A DNA stretch of 64,000 bases from Catajapyx aquilonaris (lineage: Eukaryota), in assembly GCA_000934665.2 (NCBI GenBank), contig JYFJ02000922.1, forward strand, positions 1 to 64,000, written 5' to 3'. Shown in pieces: positions 1-11,880 of the stretch. Position 1 is the first letter of the stretch. Every line of letters starts with the position of its first letter. The notes beneath the pieces are model-generated. The model was given only the letters and a program-made list of their open reading frames with translations. It searched no databases and was not told where the DNA came from. Made by a program: the position numbers and the translations under genes.

Positions 1-18
1 GAGGAGGAGGAGGAGGAG
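1..18. repeat. (GAG)n microsatellite, cut by the window edge
   Basis: Directly visible. Confidence 0.9.
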
Positions 19-2068
19 GGGAAAAAATCTTTTTCCGCCAACTTTTTTTTAGGAGGGCCTAAGGGCAGCTCCTTCTAGGAACCTGACAGGGGTGGCCTCA
101 GATTCATATAGAATTCAGGTCAGAAACGTGATAAAGCACGAGGTCGTCCCGCCGCCGACAGCTCCCATACTTTCCATCTCGATTTGCTCCCAAATGAAAA
201 TCGGGTCGCAAATAATTCGAAATTACACCCAACCTTTTTTTAAAAGAGTGGATGGGGCACCGCGTGTAATTAGTGCTCAAGTAACGTGTGGTTGAGGTAA
301 AAATAACTTTTGGTGAAAATATTAGCATGTGTCACCTACATCAGTTAAAATATTACTAGTCATTTCATCATTAAAAGGCAAGGTTTAAATATCAGACAAG
401 TTTTGAGCAACAAGCTTAAAAGTGAATTTCAAAAATGTATAAATATTAGTTATTTTACGCATGCTGGCTGTTTTGACCACATTGTGATTTTGATAATAAA
501 TGGATAATTATAAACTGGTGTATGTAAATCAAAGTCATTATAATAATAAATTACAGTACATATCATACAACGAGCCACTTACACTGTATGGCATAATTGC
601 TTTAACAATGCCATGTTTTGGATAATGCAGCATAACGGGCTTTGCGTGTACTCCTCCAAAAGAAACACAAAGTTATATGTCATCAAACAATATATATTAA
701 AATAATCGTGAAAGTAGACACTGTGGGTTGGCTGCACTGGTGGACTGCTCACACCAGGCAGAGAAGACTTCATTTTATTATCATATGAATATATTATGAA
801 TGTGTTTTACATCCAAGCTTATGTAATCATGTTTTGTTTATGTCTGGCGGGAGATTCCGCCAAGACGGTGGATCAGACCTGTCCCATCAACTTGTATTCC
901 GAACCCCCTGTACATTTGAGAATTTGAGATGTAATCTTAAAGTATCCTTATCGCTCAAGAGTCAAGTATCATCTGCTAACTTAAACATTCCAATTTCATC
1001 TCTTTGAGGGAGCCTGCACAATTTTTTTGAACAAATGGGCAGTACATTGCATTATTGATTGAATCCGTAATGAATTCGCAAAGCTTTGTAAGGGATTGCT
1101 TTTCACTGTGTCATATCGTCATATCTTGTAAAGCTCACGTATAAAAATTGACTGCGAGGATAGTCCAGTTTTTGATGTGCTCTCTATTGCTGTTATCAAA
1201 ATCAACTCAGAGTAAGACACATTAATTATTGCATCTCCAGGTTCTATAGAGTTGCATCATACACCAGCAATAACATGTGAACTGTAGCATACACTGATAT
1301 GCGCATGAAGGTGACATATTGAGGAATAATGAATGGGTGGCCTCTGAATTCAAACAGGCCTACACACTCTAAAGAAGAACTATTGTTACAGAAATAGGTG
1401 CAGGTTACATTGTAAAATCATACTGGCGTTTCTTTAAGTTACAGCACTAAACCGCAGATTCTGCCAGTGTGCCAATAATGGCACGCCGACAAGGCACGTG
1501 AAGCTCTGCCCAACTTCCGATTGGAGTGAGCTAATTAATGATATTAGTCGGCATCGCGTGATGATTATATTGATAACATAAATCACAGCTCTCTAATCGG
1601 TCGGAACTAATTTATGTCCTATTTCGGCGGCGAGGAAAATTAAGGAGCAGGAACATAAAAGCCTACCAAGCTGCCACCAGCAATATAAAACAATATCATG
1701 ACTTACTTGAGTCTTATAGGGGGTCGGCGTCAAAGAGCACTGGATTAAAACCTGCAGATTATGGTAGGCCACGCATTCTCTATAGTTGAACTTGTAAACA
1801 CACTGCTATTTATTAGCCTACTGTTGGTCTAATAAATACGACAAAAATCCAGCATATGAAACCAAAGACGAGCAAACTGAACTGTATAAAACGTAATAAA
1901 AACTTATTATTCGCAAATTGGACTTTCCCATTCGAAGCTCGGAGAGGTAACTTATATTCGTGTCTTTCCCTCGTCAGTAAGTGTTCCGATCTATTTTAGC
2001 GAGAATTGGCTCCTGACCGGTTGCCCGAGAAAGAAACTTATCGAAGTTTTCCTTACACTGGTACTGTA

Positions 2069-2233
2069 CAGTGTTGGACATTAATCGAGGCATACTGCTA
2101 GCGAGAGCTTCCGAAGCGGCAGAAGAAGGAATCTTTCTCGCCTGGCTTGCAGTATCCTTATCTTCGATTCCTTCTTCTGCCGCTTCGGAAAATGTCGCTA
2201 GCAATATTATGCCTCGATTGATGTCCAACACTG
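2069..2233. mobile_element. Tc1-like palindromic MITE (165 bp)
   Basis: Termini are CAGTGTTGGACAT...ATGTCCAACACTG, with TA on both sides (2067-68, 2234-35). The ~65-bp arms are near-perfect inverted repeats (TTCCGAAGCGGCAGAAGAAGGAATC / GATTCCTTCTTCTGCCGCTTCGGAA). Confidence 0.85.
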
Positions 2234-2524
2234 TACCAACCAGGCTGCCAAAATAATTCCCTGACGAGATGCGTCCAAGTTGTGCGCCTATAATCTTAGC
2301 CGTGAGGCAATTCCTAGCTAAATAATATCTCCTACCTAAAATAATTGCGACTGTTGTGTCGTCGCTATGCACTTCAAGTTCTCGAATTGTACAATAACTT
2401 AATTACATAGAATTAATATAGTATCATCTAATGTTTGACACACGGATGCATACAAAACGTACAAACATTGCTGTAGACCCTATTACCATTTAAATGTGAC
2501 AGTCACTGATTACACTAACTTATA

Positions 2525-3189
2525 CAGGGTGGTCGGTAAATGGCGCACAAGCTTCAGGTAGCGAGATTCCTTGTGAGAAACCAGTATATGGAAGTGAAGG
2601 TCATATTGCTCTACGAGGCCTGGTTAGGGCTCACGAGGTCTCCAAAGTTTGGGCCAAATCATGACGTCACATCCGCCGGCGAAATTCAAACACTACCGTA
2701 TCGCTACTGTCAGTGGATCGTTGCCAGGGATTATCATGTTGACATCGCCCACATTTCCACACAACAATGGAACCGTATAAACTGGCTGGGACGTTGCCAG
2801 GGATTGCCATACCGTCGTCGCCGCGTGCCTGGCAACGTCCCTGCAAGTTTATACGGTTCCATTGTTTGGTGGAAATGTGGGTGATGTCAACATGGCAACG
2901 CCTAGCAACACACCGCGTACGGTGGCGATACGGTAGTGTTTGAATTTCGCGGGCGGATGTGACGTCATGATTTGGCCCAAACTTTGGAGGCCTCGTGAGC
3001 CCTAACCAGGCATCATAGAGCAATATGACTTTCACTTCCATATAGGGGGAAGTGGGGGAAGTGCACACCCGGGGTAAGTGCACAATATGTGCACTTACCC
3101 CGGGTGTGCACTTCCCCCACTTCACCCTACTGGTTTTTCACCAGGAATCTCGCTACCTGAAGCTTGTGCGCCATTTACCGACCACCCTG
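2525..3189. mobile_element. Tc1/mariner-type palindromic MITE (CAGGGTG termini)
   Basis: TA|CAGGGTGGTCGGTAAATGGCGCACAAGCTTCAGGTAGCGAGATTCC ... GGAATCTCGCTACCTGAAGCTTGTGCGCCATTTACCGACCACCCTG|TA. The inverted arms are about 280 bp. This explains the mirrored ORFs 2540..2884(+) and 2667..3125(-). Confidence 0.92.
3045..3127. mobile_element. 83-bp hairpin mini-MITE nested in the 2525-3189 MITE
   Basis: Two 40-bp inverted arms (one mismatch) surround an ATA loop, with TA at 3043-44 and 3128-29. The insert is absent from the host's other arm, whose reverse complement reads CTTCCATATACTGGTTT. Confidence 0.9.
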
Positions 3190-6100
3190 TATGCAACACG
3201 ATATTTGTCCATGGAAACTCGTAGTCATATTCGTGTTCCTTAGGTCACAAGTAACTCATAATGGGCATTCATTTAGTCTTTGATTTGTTTTTGGCCTCGG
3301 GGCAGTCAAAAAACCAAAGTCCTCAAATATAGCAGTTTTTTCCAATCAGGTGGGCCTAAATGTTGCTAAACCATCGCGGATTTTTCTGAAAATAATCACA
3401 GCTGTACACACCTATGCGGTAATACCGCATATCAAGTTTCAGCCAAATTGCAAAATACCGTGGGGAGGAAAAAACCGCGAAAATGTGAAAATTGGGCCTT
3501 TTTTTGGATACTTTCTTTCGGTTATTGGAAATGGTCAAAACCCAATCAACATATATATCACATGAAAGCGAAACGCGAGTAGAATGCGCCTATGTAATTT
3601 GTTTTTCTGGAAAATGCACTCAGAACAACATGTATGGCATTCTATCGGTCACATGTCCAAGAATTTGGCTCCATTAAAATTAATGCTAATTCGGCAAACA
3701 TATCTATTATTTTCTAGCGAGCATGCGTGACCCAGGATTAAAACTTAATATACTGAATCTTGTACGGGTCACAACTCCTGTCTCCAAATATGGCTGCTCT
3801 TACGCAAATACATCACTAATTTCTGGGGTCTAAACACTTGGGACATGTTACTGAGCATGTGACCGATGGAATGCCGCACACGTCTTTCTGAGTGCATTCT
3901 CCAGAAAAAAAATCCATAGGCGCATTCTACTCGCGTTTCTCTTTAATTTGATGTATGTGTTGATTGGGCTGTGACCACTTCCAATAACCGAAATAAATTA
4001 TCCAAAAAAGGCCCCATTTTCAAAATTTCGCGATTTTTTCCCTCCCCACGGTATTTCACAATTTGGCTGAAACTTGACATGCAGTGTTACGGAATAGGTA
4101 TGTACAGCTGTGATTATTTTCAGAAAAATCCGAGATGGTCTAGCAACATTTAGGCTCACTTTATTGGAATAAAAACTGATACATTTGAGGACTTTTTTAC
4201 TGCCCCGAGGTCAAAGAAAATCAAAGACAAAATGAATGCCCATTATGAGTTACTTGTGACCTAAGGAACATGAATATGAAGATGAATTTCCATAGACAAA
4301 AAAGGCAAATTTTGTTGCATAGTGTTATTATTACAGGCATATTATACTACAATACTGCATCAGTAGCGTTACGTTATAATGAAATCCATAAATTCACAAA
4401 TTATGCCGAATAGTTTTTGGAGAGAAATAATGAGGAAGGAAACAAGAAAACGGAGAGAAATGACTCATGTTACGGTACTCTTTAGCTGCAAATTATAAAT
4501 ATTGTCAACAAGTTATTTTAACAAGTAATTGCTAATCTTTTCGATATCTATAAATCCGCACCTGACTGGTAAAGATAATAATCACCTTAGTTCTTCAGTA
4601 TCCAGCTCGACATGTCAATTCTTCACACAGAGTATTGCATATTCCGGCGCCAAATTGATGGGACGATTTTTGTTCCTACGAATTCACTGCACTGGAATGC
4701 TGTAGATGTCACTGCTCCAACGCGAATATACAGTCGCGTACGTTATAAATCTTGAGCAGCTCCTGTATATTCACAATGGAGCGCGGGAACTAGTAGGGAC
4801 CTTGCAACATTATTCGTCTTCATCAATTAAACCGCGAAAGTACATGTTTTTGTAATAACTAAACTCTCGAATACCTCTATTGCAATAAAATCGTAGTATC
4901 CCATTACCAGTAACACTCCAAATCATCATAAACCGACGTTAAAAAGTTCAACTGGACCTCATCCCTCACGTGATAAAGCAATAAGTGGTCTAACCCTCTA
5001 CCTTCAGGACCCACATCAGTCTGGCTGGGTACCCCCCCAAGCCTTTACCATAGCGCCACCCTTCCGGTCCCACCCACAAGCCAATATTCCAAAGGCCAAG
5101 GAACGTTGTGTCCGGGACCCATCGTCAAACTTACTCTAGATGCAGAGCGGGTCCGGTCTTTGGAAGCTAAGGATTTTTTTAAAGGGGGGGAGGGGAGGAG
5201 GGGGGGGGGGCTGTGGGTGGAGGGAGCTGTAGTCTCCGGATGGGTTCGGCGTGACGAGAGTGCCCCATCTAACTGCTGCCCCTTCCCCCCTTCCGCCCTC
5301 TCCTGAATCCAGCACAATCTGCCCTTCATTCGGTCTGATAGGGACGGATAGCTCAACCGCTGCGCAGCTGTATTAGATCCCAACCGGCCTCCCGGATTAT
5401 AAATTGCGTTTCGGAACTTCACTAAAAACAAAATGGATGAGTCCGCCCCCACCCCTTACCTTAGCGGAAATTGTATCCCCGCAGCACGCGGATGCTTTTG
5501 GTGAAAACCCGCACTCTTCTACAGTCCTCTATACGCATCCGACCATCAAAGGGGCCTCACGAAGGAAGCGAGTGGCAGCCAAAAAAAATCGGACTTTGTT
5601 TCCTATCCTCCGGAACTAACGCGATTATTTGTCAAATGCTACTTTTTGTCTTGTTCTTTGTTGACAGGTGATGCTTTTGCTGTTTCGTTCGATTCGTTTG
5701 AGAAAAATTGTCAAAGCCTATTGATGCTGTTGAGCCATGGAAGCAACGCTATCTAAAGCATGCAAAACTGATCGTTAATGCTGTCAGGGGATCATAAAAA
5801 GAGGAAATGTGGGATAATGCACGTTTACATTATACTGCGCCTTATGACTTGAAATGATTTCACGTTTGTGCAAACCACCATTTCAGATGTGAAGATCACC
5901 TGGGCACGTATAATAATGAGTATCCTTCAATTTGGTTATAATCATCCTTTGATGCAATCACGCAAATGGAACATCAAAAACGGCCACATTTTCAGGGGAT
6001 TCATATTCTCGAGGCCCCATACAACAGACAATGAGAATCACAGTATGAAAATGTAACGAATTATAGTTATAAATTAAGGTTGCATTTAAAATAATAGCAT

Positions 6101-8464
6101 ACAAATTATGAATATGATCCGTCGCTCAGAAACCTAAATACGCACAGAAAATACGATATGATTGATTTCCGTTCAAATATTTATTTATTTATTTATTTAT
6201 AGGCCTATTAAAATGCACCTGATTTTGACACCATCTGCTTCCCAGGTCTTTGTAACCTATAGCGTTGCTAGGTTCAATGTCAGGTCTTGATTTGCGCCGC
6301 AAGCAAAGAGCGTGAGGTCATCTGGCACGACTTCCTCTCGGATCTACTCCACCACCTGACAATTGATTGCCGTGTTTTCCTGGCCCTAAATGTCAATTTC
6401 CCTACACCTTGTCACCCAGTTATCCACGACGTAAAGTCACAGATGACGTCCAGGATTGAGGGACTGTTACGGCTCCGTAATTTTTTTCTATTGGTGCCAC
6501 TTCTAAGATGATTTTAAAAGAGGCAAACACATTTCACTATTAGAGTTCAGCTTGATTTGTCGTTCACTCTTTTCGTAGTGAATTTCATCAATGTGCGCCT
6601 CTCCTTCCTACCATATCCAATCCCATTATGACGCTGGAGCCTCCCCTCCAGCTTGTTTTCTAATCTCTTCCGATACTTAACTTAGAATAAAAGCCATGTC
6701 ACTCATACCTGAAGTAGTGAAACGGGGTGAGATCTTTGATTGCAAGACTAGAATAGAAGCCGGAGGCGTATCCTTTGTTATCCCAACAGGAAGTATATGC
6801 TATCCGTTACTGATTCTGAACGTGGCGGCTAAGAAAAGGCTCTTCTTAGTTCCTCTTCCCTTCTTTTCTGAGTTGCTGCATCACGGCCTACATTCTTGTA
6901 GCGGAATCTTGGCGGACGCAGTTTGCGCAGAGAGTATCAGCAGTCATTAGTCTGCGTTGCTAGGGATCAACAATAGGCCCGAGCCCGGATTCGGAAGGCT
7001 GAATTCTTATAGAATCGCGCTCCATCCCAGACGACGTTGTTGTTTTGCTTGCTTTGCTTCAGACCCATCAAGGCAACGATGATATCTTTTAACCTCCCGA
7101 GCTTCCGACAACGACTTATTCATGTCCCCCGGATTTGGAGGAACTCATTTGCCTTCACTTTGTGGGCGAGAAGACATTCCCGCCACTGCTGGTACAACCC
7201 TAGCCCTGCAAGGAGTAAAACACAACCTTGAAAGAGACGAGCTTGCTTCGTCCTTTTGTCAACCCAAGAATCCCCGAGATTACGTTCTCGCCGAAATTGT
7301 GCTCAGTAAGACGTCACTTTGATAAACTTGGGGCCCGCGTTTCTCGTCTCTTTTAACTCATTGTGCGCGATATTTACGATGTTATTACCTGCTTAATGAA
7401 AAGGGAGTCCGCTCCTTAGGCAAGTACAATGCACTTTTCGAAGGAGGAAACCGTTCAAGTTCCACCCCCACACCCCCCATCTCTCTCAAACCACCCTCTG
7501 ACGCTATTACGTCCCCGACCAGTTACTGTCTCGTTCACGGGGAATAAATTTCAACTTGCACCGCTCCCTAGAAAGATAAGTATGGATATGAAAGCAGGAT
7601 TTAAACTTCGGACTTGGGTGGCCTTAATTATAAATACTGAGATGGAAAATGCAGGTCGACGCTGGAAAACGACACGGCTTTGAAAGAGAGGTAATAACAT
7701 CTCGCGTCAGGTGCTAAATGACGCACAAGTAGAAAAGCCGGGAACACTTTGGCAGAACCTATAAGAACGGAAAACGACCCTGAGAAGGCGCTTTTCAGAC
7801 AAAATATCCTTGCCCCTGCAGTCGTTATCTGAGCGGGCACAGATAGCAACTTCCGCAGGCATAAACAAAAAAAGTGTCAATGTATACGAACCGAGAAGGG
7901 TTGTAATATTTTTATAGAGCAGTCTGGTGGGGAGGTTATATGGCACTGCTCTTCCAAACCATTCAAACCGATGGCAAGATATAGCGGCGCAACAAAATAG
8001 ACACGCACACCAATCGATAAGGCCAATAAGAGGATGATTTGAAAATGCAAGCCCCGCGCTATTGGAAACAGATTCCATGGAAAGGGTTGATAGCAGAGGG
8101 GCGATGCTGTGCACTGGGGCGAGCCGGCAGGAGGAGAGGGGAGATGGGGAGGGAGGGAGAGGGATCATGCGCGTCATCGCCTCAGGTGGGTCATTTTCAA
8201 ATTTGTTGACAAACGCTATCCCATCATGCTAGCCTTTTTTGGAAATTATTGGAAGCAATTAAAATGATTTTGTCTGGGGGGGGGGGGGGNNNNNNNNNGA
8301 AGACCTGCTCTGACACTCTCCTACTGTAATGCTACCTTATACGATGGATCAGCCTCAAACCAGAGCGTTGTTATTATGACGCATATTGCTAGGGCTGTTG
8401 TGCATATCCTGTTACAGTACTACTATATGATATGCACATAGCAGGGACCAGGTTGATATTGGGT

Positions 8465-9040
8465 CTTTCCACAAAGTCCTCATTGAGTTGTATGCACTTG
8501 GCCCAACATTTCTGGAAGACATGCTAGAACCCGTTTTTTGACGTCGTCTTCAGAACCGCCTCCGCCTTCTTCATAATGACTGTTGATGATCCAAAACGGC
8601 GGCCCCGCAGTACCGATTTCAGACAAGGGAACAGAAAACATTGCAGGGAGCTAGGTCCGGGCTGTATGACACGCATTCGATGTTTCGTTGGGTCAAATAT
8701 TGGGCAACAACGTTGGCAACGTGTGGTCATATACTACATTATCCTGATGCAGGCAGGATGCAGTTCAGGGCGCTTTCGCCAGATGTGTTTGGCCAGGACC
8801 TTCAAAACTGTCACGTAATAACTTACTTATAAGTGACTGTTGTATGCAGGGGCACTTCATACTGGTAAACTATTTCCCGGGATTCGAAGAAGGTAGGCTA
8901 ATGGTCATTGCCTTTCGCCCTTTCCTGCCGACCGAACAACTTCGGACTTCTTCAGTGTCAGAGAACTTGGTGATTTTCAGACTGAGCTCGCCTGTTCGCA
9001 TTCGGGATTGTAGTGGTGAAGCCAACTCTAACACCTGTAA
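8465..9040 (-). pseudogene. Decayed mariner (DD34D) transposase, catalytic domain to C-terminus
   Basis: Manual minus-strand translation across frameshifts gives TG(D)ESWLHHYNPE...KSPSS...KK..VVRSAGK..MTITFFESREIVYQYEVP..TTVT..YYVTVLKVLAKHIWRKRPEL..LHQDNV*PHVANVVAQYL..YSPDLAPC(D)CFLFPCLKSVLRGRRF...WAKCIQLNEDFVE. The mariner signature YSPDLAP is at 8646-8666. Confidence 0.92.
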
Positions 9041-9367
9041 AATGGTATCAGGCAGGCCTCGCCATACTCCGCTACCAGACGCTGAAGCGTAGGCTACTGC
9101 TCATCCCGAATTTACTCCATTTATGGTAGGCGAATTCCACCATGCATGCGTCTTTGGCTCATTGCTATCTGACGCATGCGCGTACAAGGTCATAATTTTT
9201 TAGGCAATCCCACAAGACCTGACCATTCCCCCAAAAAAATGTTTCGCCGCCGTATGTCCACAACGTGAAACGTGAAAAAAACTTTCTCATTCTATATTTA
9301 CGCGCCCTCGTATTAAGTAAAGAGATACCGGTACTGCAATTTATTATGCACATTACAATGCATTTAA

Positions 9368-10341
9368 GAGCGCGCTTTAGGCTACGCTATTCATTGTTGC
9401 GGGGAGCCCGTCGCGGGCCGGCCCGTGAGTTTGACACTTCTTCCTCTCGCTGTCACGGCCGCAAATATGGAGATATCGGCATGAAACTGGAGTATATGGA
9501 CGCGAAAGAGTTGCACTTTGAGATGGTGCGCTTATTTTTCTCCTGGGGCGATATTTGCGGCCGCCGCGGCCAGATACAGTTTTTTATTTTGACCCGCAAT
9601 AACTTCTTTCCATGTCGGTACCAGTGAAATTCGAGAGCGTCACGACCTTTGTACGGCGAATTACCGTAAGTGTGTGAAAGGGCACGAGTGTGGCAGTCTT
9701 GGTTTGGCCAAACTTTGGTATCGAAAATACCCCCCTCCATGAACAATAACAACTCGCACGAAGAAAGGGACGATCTGGCAGCGCCGCGCTGACTGCTAAG
9801 ACACAGCGTTACCAACTGTGCCACCCTTGACTCGCACCCTTGACTTGTTTACATCGTTTTAATAATTAATAGCGCTCTACTTTATCCGGCCGTCGCCGTG
9901 GTTACCGAACTGGCAGTCAGCGCGGCGCTGCCAGATCGTCGCTTTCTTCGTGCGAGTTGTTATTGTTCATGGAGGGGGGTATTTTCGATACCAAAGTTTG
10001 GCCAAACCAAGACTGCCACACTCGTGCCCTTTCACACACTTACGGTAATTCGCCGTACAAAGGTCGTGACGCTCTCGAATTTCACTGGTACCGACATGGA
10101 AAGAAGTTATTGCGGGTCAAAATAAAAAGCTGTATCTGGCCGCGGCGGCCGCAAATATCGCCCCAGGAGAGAAATAAGCGCACCATCTCAAAGTGCAACT
10201 CTTTCGCGTCCATATACTCCAGTTTCATGCCGATACCTCCATATTTGCGGCCGTGACAGCGAGAGGAAGAAGTGTCAAACTCACGGGCCGGCCCGCGACG
10301 GGCTCCCCGCAACAATGAATAGCGTAGCCTAGAGCGCGCTC
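9368..10341. mobile_element. Young foldback MITE, Sola3-like (GAG termini, TTAA TSD)
   Basis: TTAA at 9364-67 and 10342-45. The 429-bp arms (9368-9796, 9913-10341) differ at about five positions by eye, around a 116-bp spacer. GAG...CTC termini, long terminal inverted repeats (TIRs) and TTAA fit Sola3; Kolobok is the alternative. This explains the duplicated ORFs at 9265-10315. Confidence 0.9.
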
Positions 10342-10589
10342 TTAAGGACCATTCCGTAGATCCTACAGGCCATTGTCAAATACGGTTAAATATTTTCTGC
10401 TGTTGTTCTGAGTCACCACCAGGAGACTTCTAGGACAGTTCCAAAAATTAACCCTGTACGGTGTACGCGTACTGCACACATTTAGGATTGTGGGAAGAAA
10501 AAATTCTAACGCCTTTTTCTCATCATTTGCGACATAAGGGTGGTTTTTATTATGTTTTGGTCATCTCTGACCCAATGACTGAAGTTACA

Positions 10590-10955
10590 CCGGGTGAGTC
10601 AAAAGTCATGGCGAGTATTTTTTTATTCAAAAATGGTAACACATACAGAGATGACCTTTGCTAAGTTTTGAAGTTCCGGTGATTACAATTTCATCTGATA
10701 AATAGATGGCATCCATATCGCAAAGGGGACCAGAAAACTAAAGGCGATCATAACCCCCCACCCTTCCACCGTCTCATGCAGCTCGGGGTGGGGGGTCACG
10801 ATCCCCTTTCGTTTACCGGCTCCCCTTGAGATCTCGGGGCCATCTATATTCTAGTCCAAATTGTAATCGCCGGGCCTTTAAAACGTAGTAATGGTCATAT
10901 CTGTACATGTTTCCGTTTTTGAATAAAAATAGTACAATGACTTAGGACTCAAACC
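10590..10955. mobile_element. Old, degenerate mariner-type palindromic MITE
   Basis: CCGGGTGAGTCAAAAGTCAT...TTTTATTCAAAAATGGTAACACATACAGAGATGACC is mirrored by GGTCATATCTGTACATGTTTCCGTTTTTGAATAAAA...ATGACTTAGGACTCA. Inner pairing is ACCCCCCACCC / GGGTGGGGGGT. The right end is eroded. Confidence 0.75.
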
Positions 10956-11589
10956 TCAAGCAATATTGTCCCTGCGCCGCCAAAAAATTGTGATGAAATT
11001 GTGCTGGCAAAATTAGAATGGCCTCAAATGGCGACGAGAGAGCTACTCTTGCAGTATTACACATGCAATTGGATATTTAATATCTATATCTGCACCTATA
11101 TCTAATCAGCGCCAGAAACAATTGCTGCTTCAGCAAATTCAAATTTCGCGCCATTTTCAACGACCTTGTCTTCTCTCCGCTTCATACCATATCCCGATCG
11201 TGACATTGTCGGCATTGCATGTCATCCAGCGGAAGCTAACAAACTAACTGTGACATCAAGCCACACTGTGGCTGTGGTTTCCAGGACCAATGTTGAAGCT
11301 TATGGCGCCTGCGCAAATTAATTGTTGCCCTCAGGCAACAATGCCCGCTACAGTGTTAATGGATCATTTCTTATATTCCATAAATAACTATATGAAAAAA
11401 TAATAAAATACAATTAAAATAACAAGCCAACAATCCCCTAAGAAGTCAGCCTTCTCACAGCTATTAATATTATTACAGACAACCCAATTCCAGACATACA
11501 ATGATGTGCTCAGTCCTTTAATTTAATAATATTATGTAGGATGCAGCAGAAGACAGTGTGACGGAACTTCTGCTGGTTCGGTCCGGACT

Positions 11590-11880
11590 CTCTTGAGTGA
11601 GCGGACGGCAAGAATCCCTCTTCTTGGTTGCTCCCCAGTATTCCCATATACAATGTATTAAAACTCTAACTTACAGAACCTCTTCCTCTGGTTTATTCCT
11701 CCTCCAGATACACTTCCACAGGCATCCATAAACAGCTCACGAATCCCACTCCCACAACCTCACTCCTCCCCACTTGACTCTCTTTCCACAACAAGCCACG
11801 TCTCTCTCCAACCATAGTAACTCATTTTACAATCAATCACATTCTGTACATCACAACAGTATTAGGAACACCAAAAAATG
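11590..11880 (-). mobile_element. Possible heavily decayed RTE-type LINE 3' fragment
   Basis: Scattered minus-strand peptides (VFLILL*CTEC, EVVGVGFV, YGNTGEQPRRG) loosely resemble RTE C-terminal motifs in the expected order. Weak. Confidence 0.25.

Larger units (their letters stand above)
2513..4324. mobile_element. Chapaev3-like non-autonomous foldback element, copy 1 (left terminal inverted repeat interrupted by a nested MITE)
   Basis: Starts CACTA (2513), resumes TATGCAACACG at 3190, and ends TGTTGCATAGTG (4324). TTA flanks both ends (2510-12, 4325-27). Imperfect inverted arms lie at about 3190-3655 and 3855-4324. CAC termini with a 3-bp TWA TSD are Chapaev3 (CMC superfamily) hallmarks; the family label is inference. 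Confidence 0.8.

Noticed and set aside
2540..3125. Paired similar ORFs on opposite strands (also 1974-2372, 3350-4153, 9265-10315)
   Set aside because: They result from palindromic MITE arms and show no protein features.
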